Positions 1 to 11,963 of a stretch of DNA of 64,000 bases are shown one piece after another. The translations under genes and the position numbers were made by a program. Under the pieces are notes generated by a model, which was given only the letters and a program-made list of their open reading frames with translations, ran no database searches and was not told the DNA's origin. Numbering within the stretch: position 1 is the stretch's first letter; every line of letters begins with the position of its first letter. The stretch is taken from NCBI RefSeq assembly GCF_004010195.1, contig NC_057719.1, positions 87,931,225-87,995,224 of the forward strand, written 5' to 3'. The DNA comes from Chiloscyllium plagiosum (Eukaryota).

Positions 1-1912
1 CCTACCATGGGGAACCTTATCAAGTGCCTTACTAAAATCCATGTACACTACATCCACTGCTCTACCCTCATCTACATGCTTGGTCACCTCCTCGAAGAAT
101 TCAATAAGACTTGTAAGGTAAGACCTACCCTTCACAAATCCGTGCTGGCTGTCCCTAATCAAGCAGTGTCTTTCCAGATACTCATAAATCCTATCCCTCA
201 GTACCCTTTCCATTACTTTGCCTACCACAGAAGTAAGACTAACAGGCCTGTAATTCCCGGGGTTATCCCTATTCCCTTTTTTGAACAGGGGCACAACATT
301 CGCTACTCTCCAGTCCCCTGGTACCACCCCCGTTGCCAGTGAAGACGAGAAGATCATTGCCAACGGTACTGCACTTTCCTCTCTTGCTTCCCACATAATC
401 CTAGGATATATCCCGTCAGGCCCAGGGGACTTGTCTTTCCTCAAGTTGTTCAAAATGTCCAACACATCTTCCTTCCTAACAGGTATCTCTTCTAGCTTAC
501 CAGTCCATTTACCACTCTCCTCTTCTACAATACGGTCCCTCTCGTTCGTAAATACTGAAGAGAAGTACTTGTTCAAGACCTCTCCTATCTCTTCCGACTC
601 AATACACAGTCTCCCACTACTGTCCTTGATCGGGCCTACCCTCGTTCTCGTCATTCTCTGGTTTCTCACATACGCATAAAATGCCTTGGGGTTATCCTTG
701 ATCCTATCCGCCAACGATTTTTCATGCCCTCTCTTAGCTCTCCTAATCCCTTTCTTCAGGTCCCTTCTGGCTATCCTGTATCCCTCCACTGCTCTGTCTG
801 AATCCTGTTTCCTCACCTTATGTAAGCCTCCTTCTTCCTCTTTACCAGACATTCAACCTCTCTCGTCAACCAAGGCTCCCTCACACGACCATTTCTTTCC
901 TGCCTGATAGGTACATACATATCATGGACACGTCGTATCTGCTCTTTGAAAAAGTTTCACATTTCCACCACATCCTTCCCTGACAACGTATGCTCCCAAC
1001 GTATGCTCCTCAAATCCTGCCTTACAGCATCGTAATTTCCCTTCCCCCAATTATAAAATCTACCTTGTTGTGCGCACCTATCTCTCTCCATAACCAAGGT
1101 GAAAGTCACAGAATTGTGGTCACCGTCACCAAAATGTTCACCCACTAACAAGCCCACCACTTGTCCCGGTTCATTACCGAGTACCAAATCCAATATGGCC
1201 TCCCCTCTGGTTGGACAATCTACATACTGCGTTAGACAAGCTTCCTGGACACACTGCACAAACACCGCCCCATCCAATCTACTTGATCTAAAGAGCTTCC
1301 AATCAATATTTGGGAAGTTGAAGTCGCCCATGACTACGACCCTGTGGCAACAGCACCTTTCCACAATCTGTTTCCCCATCTGTTTCTCCACATCTCTGCT
1401 GCTATTGGGGGGGCTATAGTAAACACCCAACAAGGTGACTGCACCTTTCCTATTTCTGACTTCAGCCCATACTACCTCCAGAGGCAGATCCCCCTCAAAC
1501 TTCCTTTCTGCAGCCGTTATACCCTTTCTAATTAGCAATGCCACCCCCCCTCCTTTTTTCCCACTCTCCCTAATCTTACTGAAACACCTGTAACCAGGGA
1601 CCTCCAACAGCCATTCCTGTCCCACATCTATCCACGTTCCGTGATGGGCACAACATCGTAGTCCCAGGTACCGATCCACGCCTTAAGTTCACCCACCTTA
1701 TTTCTGATACTCCTTGCGTTGAAGTATACGCACTTGAACCCATCTCTGTGTCCGCAAGTAGTCCCTGTCAGTGCTACCTTCTCCACAGCCTCCCTACAGT
1801 CTTGGGCATCCTGACACACAGCTAGCTTACTTGCTGGACTACAAGTCCGGATCCCATCCCCCTGCCAAATTAGTTTAAACCCCCCCGAAGAGTGCTAGCA
1901 AACCTACCCCCC
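1..1912 (-). mobile_element. CR1/HER1-like LINE ORF2 fragment (APE endonuclease plus start of RT), in NUSAP1 intron 1
   Basis: ORF 957..1679 has KKGGGVALLI, VMGDFNFPNIDW, LDLVLGNEPG and GDGDHN. ORF 1628..1819 has CVYFNARSIRNKV...ITE. The RT region runs toward position 1 and is interrupted by stops and frameshifts. Confidence 0.92.
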
Positions 1913-2362
1913 CGTACAGTACAGTACAGATGGTAAGTTTGCTAGGCGTATCTTTTGGTGCAGATGTTAATGTCCCTGCAGAACCCCTGGGTTTCAGTAC
2001 TTGCTGGCCAAGGAACTTGTGTTCACAGTGCAGCTCAACAAGTTGGTATTGAAGTTGTAACTTCCAACATACTGCAATGGCAGAGCGGGTGAAGTTCCTG
2101 GTCAATCACATGAAGGAAGGAAATTTGCAGTCTCTGACACCTCTATCCATAACTTGGCCACAACATGCAAAAGTGAATTGTTAGACTCAAATGATGTTGA
2201 AGCTTTAAGTTATGTTTCTTATGTTTTAAGTTTGTTTGTAATTTGGTCAAAGGAGCTTTATGTGAACAGTACAAATGATTGCTGTTTTCATAAAAATGAT
2301 ATCATCTCCTAAAGTTGAATAATTTCTCTGTTCACTTTTACTCTTTTTTTTTTCTAATACAG

Positions 2363-2428
2363 GCAGAAAAATTACTGAAAAATTTGCAAGAATTCTTCCA
2401 AGAGCAGAAGGATGGTCCTGCTTTGAAG
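2363..2428 (+). CDS. NUSAP1: NUSAP1 coding exon (probably exon 2): AEKLLKNLQEFFQEQKDGPALK
   Basis: Polypyrimidine tract plus CAG acceptor (2362), GT at 2429, 66 nt, phase 0/0. Resembles the second half of the NuSAP N-terminal helical region (human ATKLLKALKGYIK, from memory). Confidence 0.85.
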
Positions 2429-3197
2429 GTTTGCATGTGAAAATTAATCTTTAAAACATTTGAGAATAATTCATATTTGTATGGTAACTTAAAACTCCTG
2501 AATTCCTTGGGGCATTTGTATCAAACAAAACTTGACAGTTAAGTTAATTGGGGAGGCCCAGAGAAATATGACCAAAAGCTTTGGGCAAACAGGAAGTTTT
2601 AAGTTGGAGGGAATTGGAGAGATTTAGATAAGGAATTCCATAATTTACAGCTGCCATTATGCTGTGATGAAAATTGGGGATGTGCAAGAGGACAGCATAG
2701 AAAGAAGTGGCTTAAATTTTATTCTTATTCAGTGCTATTTCTGATACCAACTTGGAGGAATAGATTTGAAGGACTGAATGGCTACCTCCAAGTTATACTA
2801 CTTGTTTACCTGCAGGCACTGCTTAATGAGTATCCATATTTTGTTATTTGTGCTTATCTTGAATGTGAGATTGATATGAATCCTTAAACTTGCCATCTAG
2901 GTGCTGCTTCTGGATAATAGTATTTTTTTGTGTTCCAAACTGTAAGATCTGGCTTACAAAACTGACAAGAGGATAATATTTCATGCTGGGTGGGGAGTGA
3001 AAGGAGATCCATTGACTTTAATAGCATTTAGCCTGAGGAGAGGTTGCACATGGTTGTTGGCATTAATGAATAGGATGTGAGACTTGCCATATTTGAATGC
3101 AGTGATGCAGCAGAAGGAGCTTTATTTGCATGGAAGCAGAATTATTATAAATGTTAATTGATGTTGCTGAAGCATATTCAAGGTCTTTGTTTTTCAG

Positions 3198-3359
3198 GCT
3201 GCAATAGAAGAGAATACATGTAATACAGTTAATGTGGAAAAGTGGGAAGACTCTAATGTGACCAAACGACGGGGCAAAGAAAGATTGCCAAATGACAATC
3301 AAAATGAATCACTTCATTCACAAATTTTTACAGCTTCTGAAAATGAACAGCCTTCAATG
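3198..3359 (+). CDS. NUSAP1: NUSAP1 coding exon: AAIEENTC...VTKRRGKER...EQPSM
   Basis: ttttcag acceptor, GTATGA donor, 162 nt open in phase 0/0, contains a VTKRRG basic motif. Confidence 0.8.
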
Positions 3360-3461
3360 GTATGACACTTCTCACTAATTTACTACTTACTCTGTCCAAC
3401 ATGAAATTTTACCTATTATGAAATAGTTAAATACTACTTCACGATGAAATACTTGTTTCAG

Positions 3462-3657
3462 GAACCTTCCCCTCGTTTGGAAAAGTGCCAAAGCACAGAA
3501 GGTTCTGATTTAAAGAGGAGGCAAAAAAAACGACATGTTGAATTTGAGGATTCTATAGAAAAGGATGAAATTACAGGAAATGCGGCTGATGAAAGTGCTC
3601 CTGTCATCCAGTGCTCACTTCATGTATCAAATGAGAAAGTAACTGATACATCCAAAG
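3462..3657 (+). CDS. NUSAP1: NUSAP1 coding exon: EPSPRLEK...KRRQKKRH...TDTSK
   Basis: tttcag acceptor, GTAGTG donor, 196 nt, phase 0/1, compatible with both neighbours. Lies inside ORF 3444..3722. Confidence 0.8.
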
Positions 3658-4084
3658 GTAGTGTCAGGCAATTATTTAACTTTCTTTGCATACACACTCC
3701 AAATGGCTCTCTCGGGATATAATTAATGTTGGAGTGGATTGCAGTCAACGCTTTTGCCAATGCGTTATTTAAATTGAATTTACTGGAATCTGAATTTTTT
3801 TAATGTACAGTTCAGAATATTTGACAGTCAGTCCTAACAAAGTAAGTAGAAATATTTAACATTTCACTTTTTTATTTTATGCAGATGGATACACTTTGTC
3901 ATTATATATTTTCAAGGAAGTTCCCAATTGAAAAAACTTCCAAAATGGCCTCAGTTCAATTTTGTCCTAAGTGAGTTAATCCCCTCTGGCTAAAGACAGA
4001 GGATAAGGAATTAGCTGTTGATTCCTTGTGGGAGTTTTGCGTATGATAGCTAATTGCCTTTAATTGAACATTAAATGACTTTGT

Positions 4085-4970
4085 GCAGAGTGCGTGGGAG
4101 AGTGGGAAGTAACGGACAAGTCCAGAGGGCAGTGCCGAGTTGGAGGCTTGGGACTGGGATAATGTTGGGGGTTAGGGAAATGAGGATGCTGTTGAAATCC
4201 ACATTTGTCTCATTTCCCTACATTGTGGAAACAGGCTCTTTGGCCTCAACCAGTCCACACTAACTCTCCGAAGAGTCACCCACCCAGACCCATTTCCCTC
4301 TGGCTAACTGATTGTGGGAGGAAACCGGAGCACCCGGAGGAAACCCACGCAGACATGGGGAGAATGTGCAAACTCCATACAGTCACCTGAGGCTGGAATC
4401 GAACCTTGGGCCCTGGTGCTGTGAGGCAGCAGTGCTAACCACTTGAGACACCGTGTCGCCGGATGCCGCCTTGCAGATCATTTCAGAGAACATCTTTGGG
4501 ACACACCAACCCCATTCTGACCCCCCAATGACTGAACACTTCAACCCCACCTCCCACTCTGTCGAGGACATGCAGTTCCTGGGCTGCCTCCACCGCCAAA
4601 CTGCCTGAAGGAGGAACACCTCATATTCTGCCTTGGGACCCTGCATCCACACGGGATAAATGTGGATTTCAACAGCGTCCTCATTACCCCCCCCAAACAT
4701 TATCCCAGTCCCAAGGCTCCAACTCAGCACTGCCCTCTGGACCCATCCATCACCCGTCCGACTTATCACTTTCTCCCTTGCCTTCATCCACCTATCACAT
4801 TCCCAGCTTCCTTCCCCCACTCTCCCAACCCCAACCCCCTCCCATTTATTTCTCAGCCCCAACCAACAAGCTTCATTCCTGATGAAGGGCTTATGCCCGA
4901 AACGTCGATTCTCCTGCTCCTCGAATGCTGCCTGACCTTGCTGTGCTTTTCCAGCACTGTACTTTCGACT
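4085..4970. mobile_element. Penelope-like (GIY-YIG) 3' fragments in inverted arrangement, interrupted by an HE1 SINE at about 4225-4460 (-)
   Basis: 4465-4680 encodes the degenerate RFREHL...HFNPTSHS..DM.FLG...EEHL GIY-YIG tail. 4085-4205 is an inverted copy of about 4660-4780. The terminus carries a hammerhead motif at 4879-4906. Confidence 0.8.
4879..4906 (+). ncRNA. Minimal hammerhead ribozyme motif (Penelope-associated)
   Basis: CTGATGA-A-GGGC(TTAT)GCCC-GAAA-CG-TC: intact core, 4-bp stem II and palindromic ACGT stem III. Stem I is weak. Confidence 0.7.
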
Positions 4971-6021
4971 TTGTACAGTGCCTATCTTTCATTCCAAATT
5001 TGAGGGGAGTGGCACAATGCTGGTTGAGCACACTTTTTCATTCAGGAGGTTAGTTTTACAGTTGGATTCTTTTCCTTACTTCTCTCTCCACTTATCTAGA
5101 CTGGTGACTTTTGCCTGATGTATTCTGGCTTGCCTGCGCCAATGGTGGGGTTCTTCTGTGACCAACTAGTTCTAGCCTGAAATTCCAATCTGGAGTATTC
5201 TGACTTGGAGAAGATCAGTTTTTGTTTCTTGTTTGCACAGCAGGTCAGCAAACAGTGATGTAACAAGCAGTGTAGCCTCATGTTAAGATGTCTTGTTCTA
5301 TATCCATGTGTTTTGTGAATAATGAGGTTAGGCTTTGCTGAAATAGTTTGTCAGAAAGTAAGGCAGAGGAGGAAAATATGACATTTCTTTTGGGACCGGT
5401 TTGATCAAATTCAAGCAATTTGCTTGTTTGTTTGAGTTTAAATTTGTGAAGTTAGAGCTTGAGGAAATGATAACATTCGTATAGTTTTTTTAAAATAACT
5501 GAGTGCTGTTAGCTACTGAAGTGAGAATAATTGAAATGTACTGTTGTTTTTCTATTCATTCATTGGGTGAGAATGTCACTGGCAAAACCAGCATTTGTTT
5601 TTGTTTCTTATGGATCTGGGAAAAGTGCAAGTAAGGCATCTTCTTGAACCGTTGCTCCATGTAATGTAGATATACCCACTGCATTAACTGATGGAGGGAA
5701 TGCATGTTGAAAGTGATGAGCAGGTAGTAATTGAGCAGGGACCTTTTTTCCCTGGATGATCTTGAATTTTTCAAGTGTTATTGGAGTCACATTCATCCAG
5801 GCAAGTAGTGAGTATTTCTAAACAGAGGGGAGGCCATTGAAGCAGTTGGGGCTCGGACACACTCCTGAGGCATTCCTAGATTCGTATGATAACCCCCAAC
5901 AACCTCAGTTTATGCTAGTATGATTTCAGTCGAGAGTGTGGCGCTGGAAAAGCACAGCAGGTCAGGCAGCATCTGAGGAGCAGGAGAATCAACATTCTAG
6001 GCAAAAGCCCTTCGTAAGGAA

Positions 6022-6335
6022 TTTCCACCACCAGGAACACCCAAGTGGCCAGTGACGATCAGTGCCCTTCTGATCAAAGGGCAATGCTGCGTGATCAAAT
6101 AATGGAGGCAAGAGTAGGGATTAAATGAAAATAGAGTTGGAGGGGCAAATAATACACTCTGCTCCCTGTGGTGCCCACCACTCCCTGAACAACTTAAGGG
6201 TGTTGGTGGACACCGCATGCTCCTTCTCCCGAGACACCCGGGCATGAAAATAACACCAGAAGTGGGGCAAACAATTGGCCCTAATGACTCCCTCCACTGC
6301 CTGCTGCCTGGACCTGTTTATGTCCAGTTTGGCTG
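6022..6335 (-). mobile_element. Tx1 (L1-clade) LINE 3' fragment, same family as 55156-56887
   Basis: Reads ...EKEHAVSTNTLKLFREWWAPQGAEC on minus. Its 3' UTR matches 55366-55490. Confidence 0.8.
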
Positions 6336-6362
6336 AGGTGCCTGTGTTGTAGCTGTATTGAA

Positions 6363-6449
6363 GAAGGGCTTATGCCCGAAACGTCGATTCTCCTGCTCCT
6401 TGGATGCTGCCTGACGTACTGCGCTTTTCCAGCAACACATTTTTCAGCC
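6363..6449 (+). mobile_element. Short Penelope-terminus insertion with 16-bp TSD
   Basis: Flanked by ttgtagctgtattgaa at 6347-6362 and 6450-6465. Confidence 0.8.
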
Positions 6450-6965
6450 TTGTAGCTGTATTGAAACAACATTTGCTAGAGGCATGGCAATTTCTGGAGC
6501 ACAGATGTTCAGTACCATTGCCAAAAATGTTGTCAAGGTTCTCGTTGCCTTTGCAGTATCCAGTGTCTTCAACCAATTGATTCATTCCATTGTATAACAT
6601 GAAGACTGGAGTTTGTGATGCTGGGGATCCTTGGAAGGAGGCTGAGGTAGAGCACCTGTTCTGCACCTCTGGCTGAAGATGATTGCATATGTTTCAGCCT
6701 TCTCTTGGTTACTAATGTGCTGGGTATCCCCACCATTTTGAGGATAGGAATACTTATGAAGGCTACTGTTCCTGTTAGTTGTTGAATTGTCCACCATTCA
6801 TGACAGGATGTAAGAAGATTGCAGAGCTTGGATCTGACCCATTGGTGATGGATTACCTTAACTCTATCTATAGTATTCTGCTTACCCTGTTTGACATGCA
6901 AGCGGTGCTGAATTGTAGCTTCACTGTCTGATGAATTGTTTATTATTGATGCTGTGTTTCTTTAG

Positions 6966-7085
6966 GTACAGGAACTGCTACCCAATCAAAGACTGGCAAA
7001 ATTCCATGTTTAATTCGAGCGACTGGGAAACCTGGTCTCAAATCTCCTGCAGTTGGGAAAACTGCACTAAATCATGTGACTCCTG
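6966..7085 (+). CDS. NUSAP1: NUSAP1 coding exon: GTGTATQSKTGKIPCL...NHVTP
   Basis: tttctttag acceptor, GTAAGC donor, 120 nt, phase 1/1. GKIP and a terminal TP precede the conserved microtubule-binding block. Confidence 0.88.
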
Positions 7086-7114
7086 GTAAGCAAGTATTGT
7101 AATCAAGATGGTAG

Positions 7115-7298
7115 CAGAAAGTGAGGACTGCAGATGCTGGAGATCAGAGCTGAAAATGTGTTGCTGGAAAAGCGCAGCAGGTCAGGCAGCATCCAAGGAG
7201 CAGGAGAATCGACGTTTTGGGCTCATGCTCGAAACGTCGATTCTCCTGCTCCTTGGATGCTGCCTGACCTGCGCTTTTCCAGCACACATTTTCAGCTC
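7115..7298. mobile_element. Palindromic Penelope-terminus mini-element with 15-bp TSD
   Basis: Inverted arms of the family consensus. taatcaagatggtag at 7100-7114 and 7299-7313. Confidence 0.85.
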
Positions 7299-8974
7299 TA
7301 ATCAAGATGGTAGTTTGATATTGGGGCATTGCCACTCTGTCCTACATTTGTCTTGCTATGTTGTGCCTAAGATTATCATATTATATCAAATCCATGATGG
7401 GATAATGGAACTACTTGTCGCTGACATTAAACTTGAAGCATTCCTCCGGTCGGAGCAAATCCGTTAGCTTGCTGTCTCTCCATGGATGCTGCCTGACCTG
7501 CTGTGATTTCCAGCATTTTTTTTTCAGTACTGATTTCCCCAGGCACTTGTGCTGTAACATCTCTTTGCCTTTATATCCAATATCTTTTCGTAAACTGTGT
7601 GTATGAATTCCATACATGTGACAGTCTACCTGTAATATGGTATTTTTATACATATCTGTTTTTACTGAATAAGCTACTAAGCTAATGAAGTAGAACTGGG
7701 AGGCATGTACAACATTTCAGGCAAGAAGATAAAGAAGCCATTGGTTATGATAACCTTGTTGTCACACTTGACTCCAAGATGAGCAAGAAGGTCACCTTTG
7801 TTCCATTACTACAAGTATTTATTTCTAATTCCCATAACCTTTGATTCTTCCTCGGCTCTTTTTATTTTAAACCCCTCCTTATTCCTTCAGACTTGACAAT
7901 TCCAATGCATACCTGACTAGTCTGCAACATACTACTATTCATAAGATGCAGATCATCTGCTGCATGTATCGCAGCTTCACCAACTATTGTCAATTATGAC
8001 TTGGTAAATTAGGTAATAATTAATCAGCGTAACAGGTTATACTTCCCAATCCAGCTATAGATAATGGAACATGCAAAAGCCCAGACTGCATTCATAAAAG
8101 GACTTCTCAACTCTGACAATTACTTTAAACTTTTGTTTCTTTGGAATTCTGTATCTGCTCTGGCTTTTTGAATCCTGGGTAAAGACAATATTCTTGTTGG
8201 ATCTGTTTTCTCTCTATTACAAGGAAAAATGGTTTCAACTTCCTTTTACAGATATTTTCTAATCAACCTATTGTTATGACCCAGGTGGGACTGGACCTCT
8301 AGCCTTAGATGTAGGGATATTAGCGCTTCACCACCCTCCTTTCTTATAACCTAAGTAGTTTGTTAATCTCCTTTTATGTACATTTAAACGAATTAACAAG
8401 TTACCAAAGCACATAATTGATTTTCCACTTGACTCTGAGGATATCTCATTTGTTCCCAGTGTATTCTAGCCATAAGATTTTCCCTCTAGAATATCTTATC
8501 AATCTATACCAGCTCTAATCAGACTTATTCAGCTTCATACAGTTAAAAACGAGTGTTCAGTCCAAGGCTACAAGAGTTCAGTTGAGCTATGGAGTTTGCA
8601 TGCATGGTTTGTTTTTTTATATAAAGCATAATTTTACAGCATTGTCACTCACTGACCTACATTGTCTTCCAATCAAGCAACACTTTGAATTTAAAAACTT
8701 AATTCTTGTTTTCCAAACCACTACTTGGTTCCACTCCTCCCAACCTCTAATGCTCCATCATACCGTCCTCTGATATCTGCACTCTAGTAATTCTAACTTT
8801 TGAGGATCCTGTGTTTTAACTACTCCGCCATTCAGTTACCTAGGTTGAAGTTCTGGATTTCCCTCCCTACACCATTTTTGCTTTCATCTTTTTTTTTGGG
8901 CACTCCTCAAAAACCTATCTCTGACCAAGTATTTGGTCACCTCCCCTATTATTTCCTTATGTGCCTTGATGTGC

Positions 8975-11270
8975 AAATAGTTTGGATGGAGCAGATTTTG
9001 TCAGGTGTGTCCAAGAAGGATTCCTGATTCAATATGTAGATTTCGGGGGCCATATTGGATTTGGTGCTTGGCAAGTGTCAGATCTGTCTGTGGAAGAGCA
9101 TTTTGGTGATAGTGGTCACAACTCCCTGGCCTTGTCCATAGTCATGGAGAGGGATAGGATCAGATGGTATGGGAAAGTATTTAATTGTGGGAGAGGGAAT
9201 TACAATGTTATTAGACAGGAACTGTGAAACACAAATTGGGAACAGATATTCTCAGGGAAACGCATGACAGAAATGTGGAGGTTGTTTAGGGAACACTTGC
9301 TGCGAGTGCTGGACAGGTTTGTCCCACTAAAGTAAGGAAAGGATGGTAGGGTGAAGGAATCTTGAATGACAAGAGATGTGGAACATCTAGTCAAGAGGAA
9401 GAAGGAAGCTTACTTAAGTTTGAGGAAGCAAGGATCAGACAGGGCTCTAGAAAGTTACAAGGTAGCCAGGAAGGAATTGAAAAATGGACTTAGGAGTGCT
9501 AGAAGGAGGCATGAAAAAGCTTTGGCGGGTAGTATTAAGCAAAACCCTAAGGTGTTCTACGCTTATGTGAGGAACAAGAGGATGGCCAGAGTGAGAGTAG
9601 GGCCGATCAGGGGTAGTAGAGGGAGCACATGGCTGGAGTCTGAGGCGGTAGGGGAGATCCTTAATGAATACATTGCTTCAATATTTACTAGTGAGAGGGA
9701 CCTTGCTGTTTGTGAGTAGAACGTGAAATGAGCTGATATGCTTGAACAGGTTGATGTTAAGAAGGAGGATGTGCTGTAAATTTTGAAAAACATAAGGATG
9801 GAAAAGGCCACTGGGCCAGATGGGGTATACTCAAGATTACTATGGGAAGCGAGGAAAGAAATTCCTGCCTCTTTGACAATGATCTTCGCATCCTCTCTGT
9901 CCACTGAAATAGTACCAGGTGATTGGAGGGTGGCAAATGTTATTTCTTTGTTCAAGAAAGGGAATGAGGATAACCCTGGCAATTACAGAACAGTCAGTAT
10001 TATGTCAAATTATTTGAGAAGATTCTGAGAGACAGGATTTCTGATTATTTGGAAAGCATAGTTTGATTGGAGATAGTCAACTTGGCTTTGCGAGGGGTAG
10101 GTCATACCTCACAAGTCTGATGGAATTCTTTTGAGAATGTGACAAAATACATTGAAGGTAGAGCAGCGGATGTGGTGTACATGGATTGTATCAAGATGTC
10201 TGATAAGGTTTCTCATGGTAGGCTCATTTAGAAAGTAAGGAAGTGTGGGACACAGGGAATTTGACTGTCTGGATACAGAATTGGCTGGCTATAGAGGATG
10301 GTAGTAGATGGAAAGTATTCAGCCTAGAGCTCAGTGACCTGTGGTGTTGCATGGGTATCTATTCTGGGACCTCTGCTCTTTGTGATATTTATAAATTACT
10401 TGGATGAGGAAGTGGAAAGGTGGTTTAGTAAGTTTGCCAATGACATGAGGTTGGTGGAGTTGTGGATAATGTGGAGGGCTGTTGCAGGCTGCAACAGGAC
10501 ATTGACAGGATGCAGAGCTGGGCTGAGAAGTGGCAGATGGAGTTCCATCTGGAAAGGTATGAAGTGATTCCTTTTTGGAAGGTTAAATCTGAATGCAGAA
10601 TACAGGGTTAAAGGCAGGATTCTTAGCACTGGAGGAACAGAGAGGGATCTTGGGGCCCATGTCCATAGATCCTTCCAAGTTGCCACCCAAGTTGATAGGG
10701 TATTTAAGAAACATATGGTATGTTGGCTTTCATTAGCAGAGGGATTGAGTTTTAAGAGCTGTGAGATTATGCTGCAACTCTATAAAGCACCGATTAGACC
10801 ACATGTGGAATATTGTGTTCGGTTCTGTTCGCCTCATTATTGGAAGGATGTGGAAGCTTTAAAGAGGGTGCAGAGGAGATTTACCAGTACGCTGCCTGGA
10901 CTGGAGGCTTGTCTTCTGAGGGAGCTAGGGCTTTTTTCATTGGAGCGAAGAAGGGTGAGAGGTAACTTAATAGATGTGTACACGATGATGAGAGGCATAG
11001 TGGATAGCCAGTGGAAATGGATATCACAAGGGGGTGTAATTTTAAGGTGATTGGAGGAAAGTTTAGGGGAAATGTCCAAGGTAGGTTCTTTATACAGAGA
11101 GTAGTGGATGCGTGCCAGCAGTGGTAGTAGAGTCTGATATACTGTAGACATTTAGGTGACTCTTGGTTAGACACATGGATTATAGTAAAATGAAGGGTAT
11201 GTAGGTTCGTTTGATAAAGGGTTGGCACAACATCGAGGGCCGAAGGGCTTGTACTGTGCTGTACCGTTCC
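8975..11270 (+). mobile_element. CR1/HER1-like LINE, 5'-truncated and degenerate
   Basis: KATGPDGVYSRLL, DWRVANV..LFKKG, LGPLLFVIFIN, KFAND and LKRVQRRFT motifs, ending in a ggccgaagggcttgtactgtgctgta tail. Confidence 0.92.
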
Positions 11271-11856
11271 GTCATGTTGTGTTTATAATGTCTATTTTAG
11301 CTAACTTCAGGAGCTAAAATGACACCGAAATGGTATGGCAAACATCAAAAGTCATTCAACACAAACATCAGCTGCTGGCGAATGTCCGTTTTGGCAGCAT
11401 CTACGGGGAGCGCACACAGTTAACATTTTTGAATCACCGGATTTGAAACATTAATTGTTTTTGTTTCAAATCTCCAGTTCTTTAGTGGTCAATTTTAGTG
11501 CCTAATGAAATGCCAATCTTATTTCCATAAATGGGAGTTAAACAGAGCAATCAGTTTAAGATTAGAAGCTAGAATCTCTCAAAGTGTAAACTAAACATAT
11601 AGAAATTGAAAATTATTCTGAAAGTCAGTTCAGATTCTTTTTTTTTTAAAAAAAGACCATGTTTAAAGAAGTAAGAATAGATTAGGATAACACAGTGGAC
11701 ATGGGTATGAATAAACATCCAAAATCCCTTTGGTAAGGTACCACAAAGAAGTTAATGATATTGTGTAATGTGGAATTCTTTGGTTCATGTTTTGGTAATG
11801 TTCTGATATTTAGAATTGAGATCCATGTGTTAATACAGCATTTGATATCTCTCTAG

Positions 11857-11963
11857 ACTGGAAAAAGATTCACCAAGCTCGTTTCAACAAGATGGAGTCA
11901 ATTGACTTGTACATTGAACGAAAAAGGAAACGCTTTGAAAAGTTTGGTAACTCTATCAAGCAG
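11857..11963 (+). CDS. NUSAP1: NUSAP1 coding exon: DWKKIHQARFNKMESIDLYIERKRKRFEKFGNSIKQ
   Basis: Strong match to the conserved NuSAP motif (human NFKKLHEAHFKEMESIDQYIERKKK). TAG acceptor, GTGAGG donor, with a possible alternative GC donor after 11969. Confidence 0.95.

Noticed and set aside
7108..7467. Recurrent ORFs such as SEDCRCWRSELKMCCWKSAAGQAAS (also at 46013 and 61669)
   Set aside because: These are translations of the non-coding Penelope terminal repeat, not a protein family.
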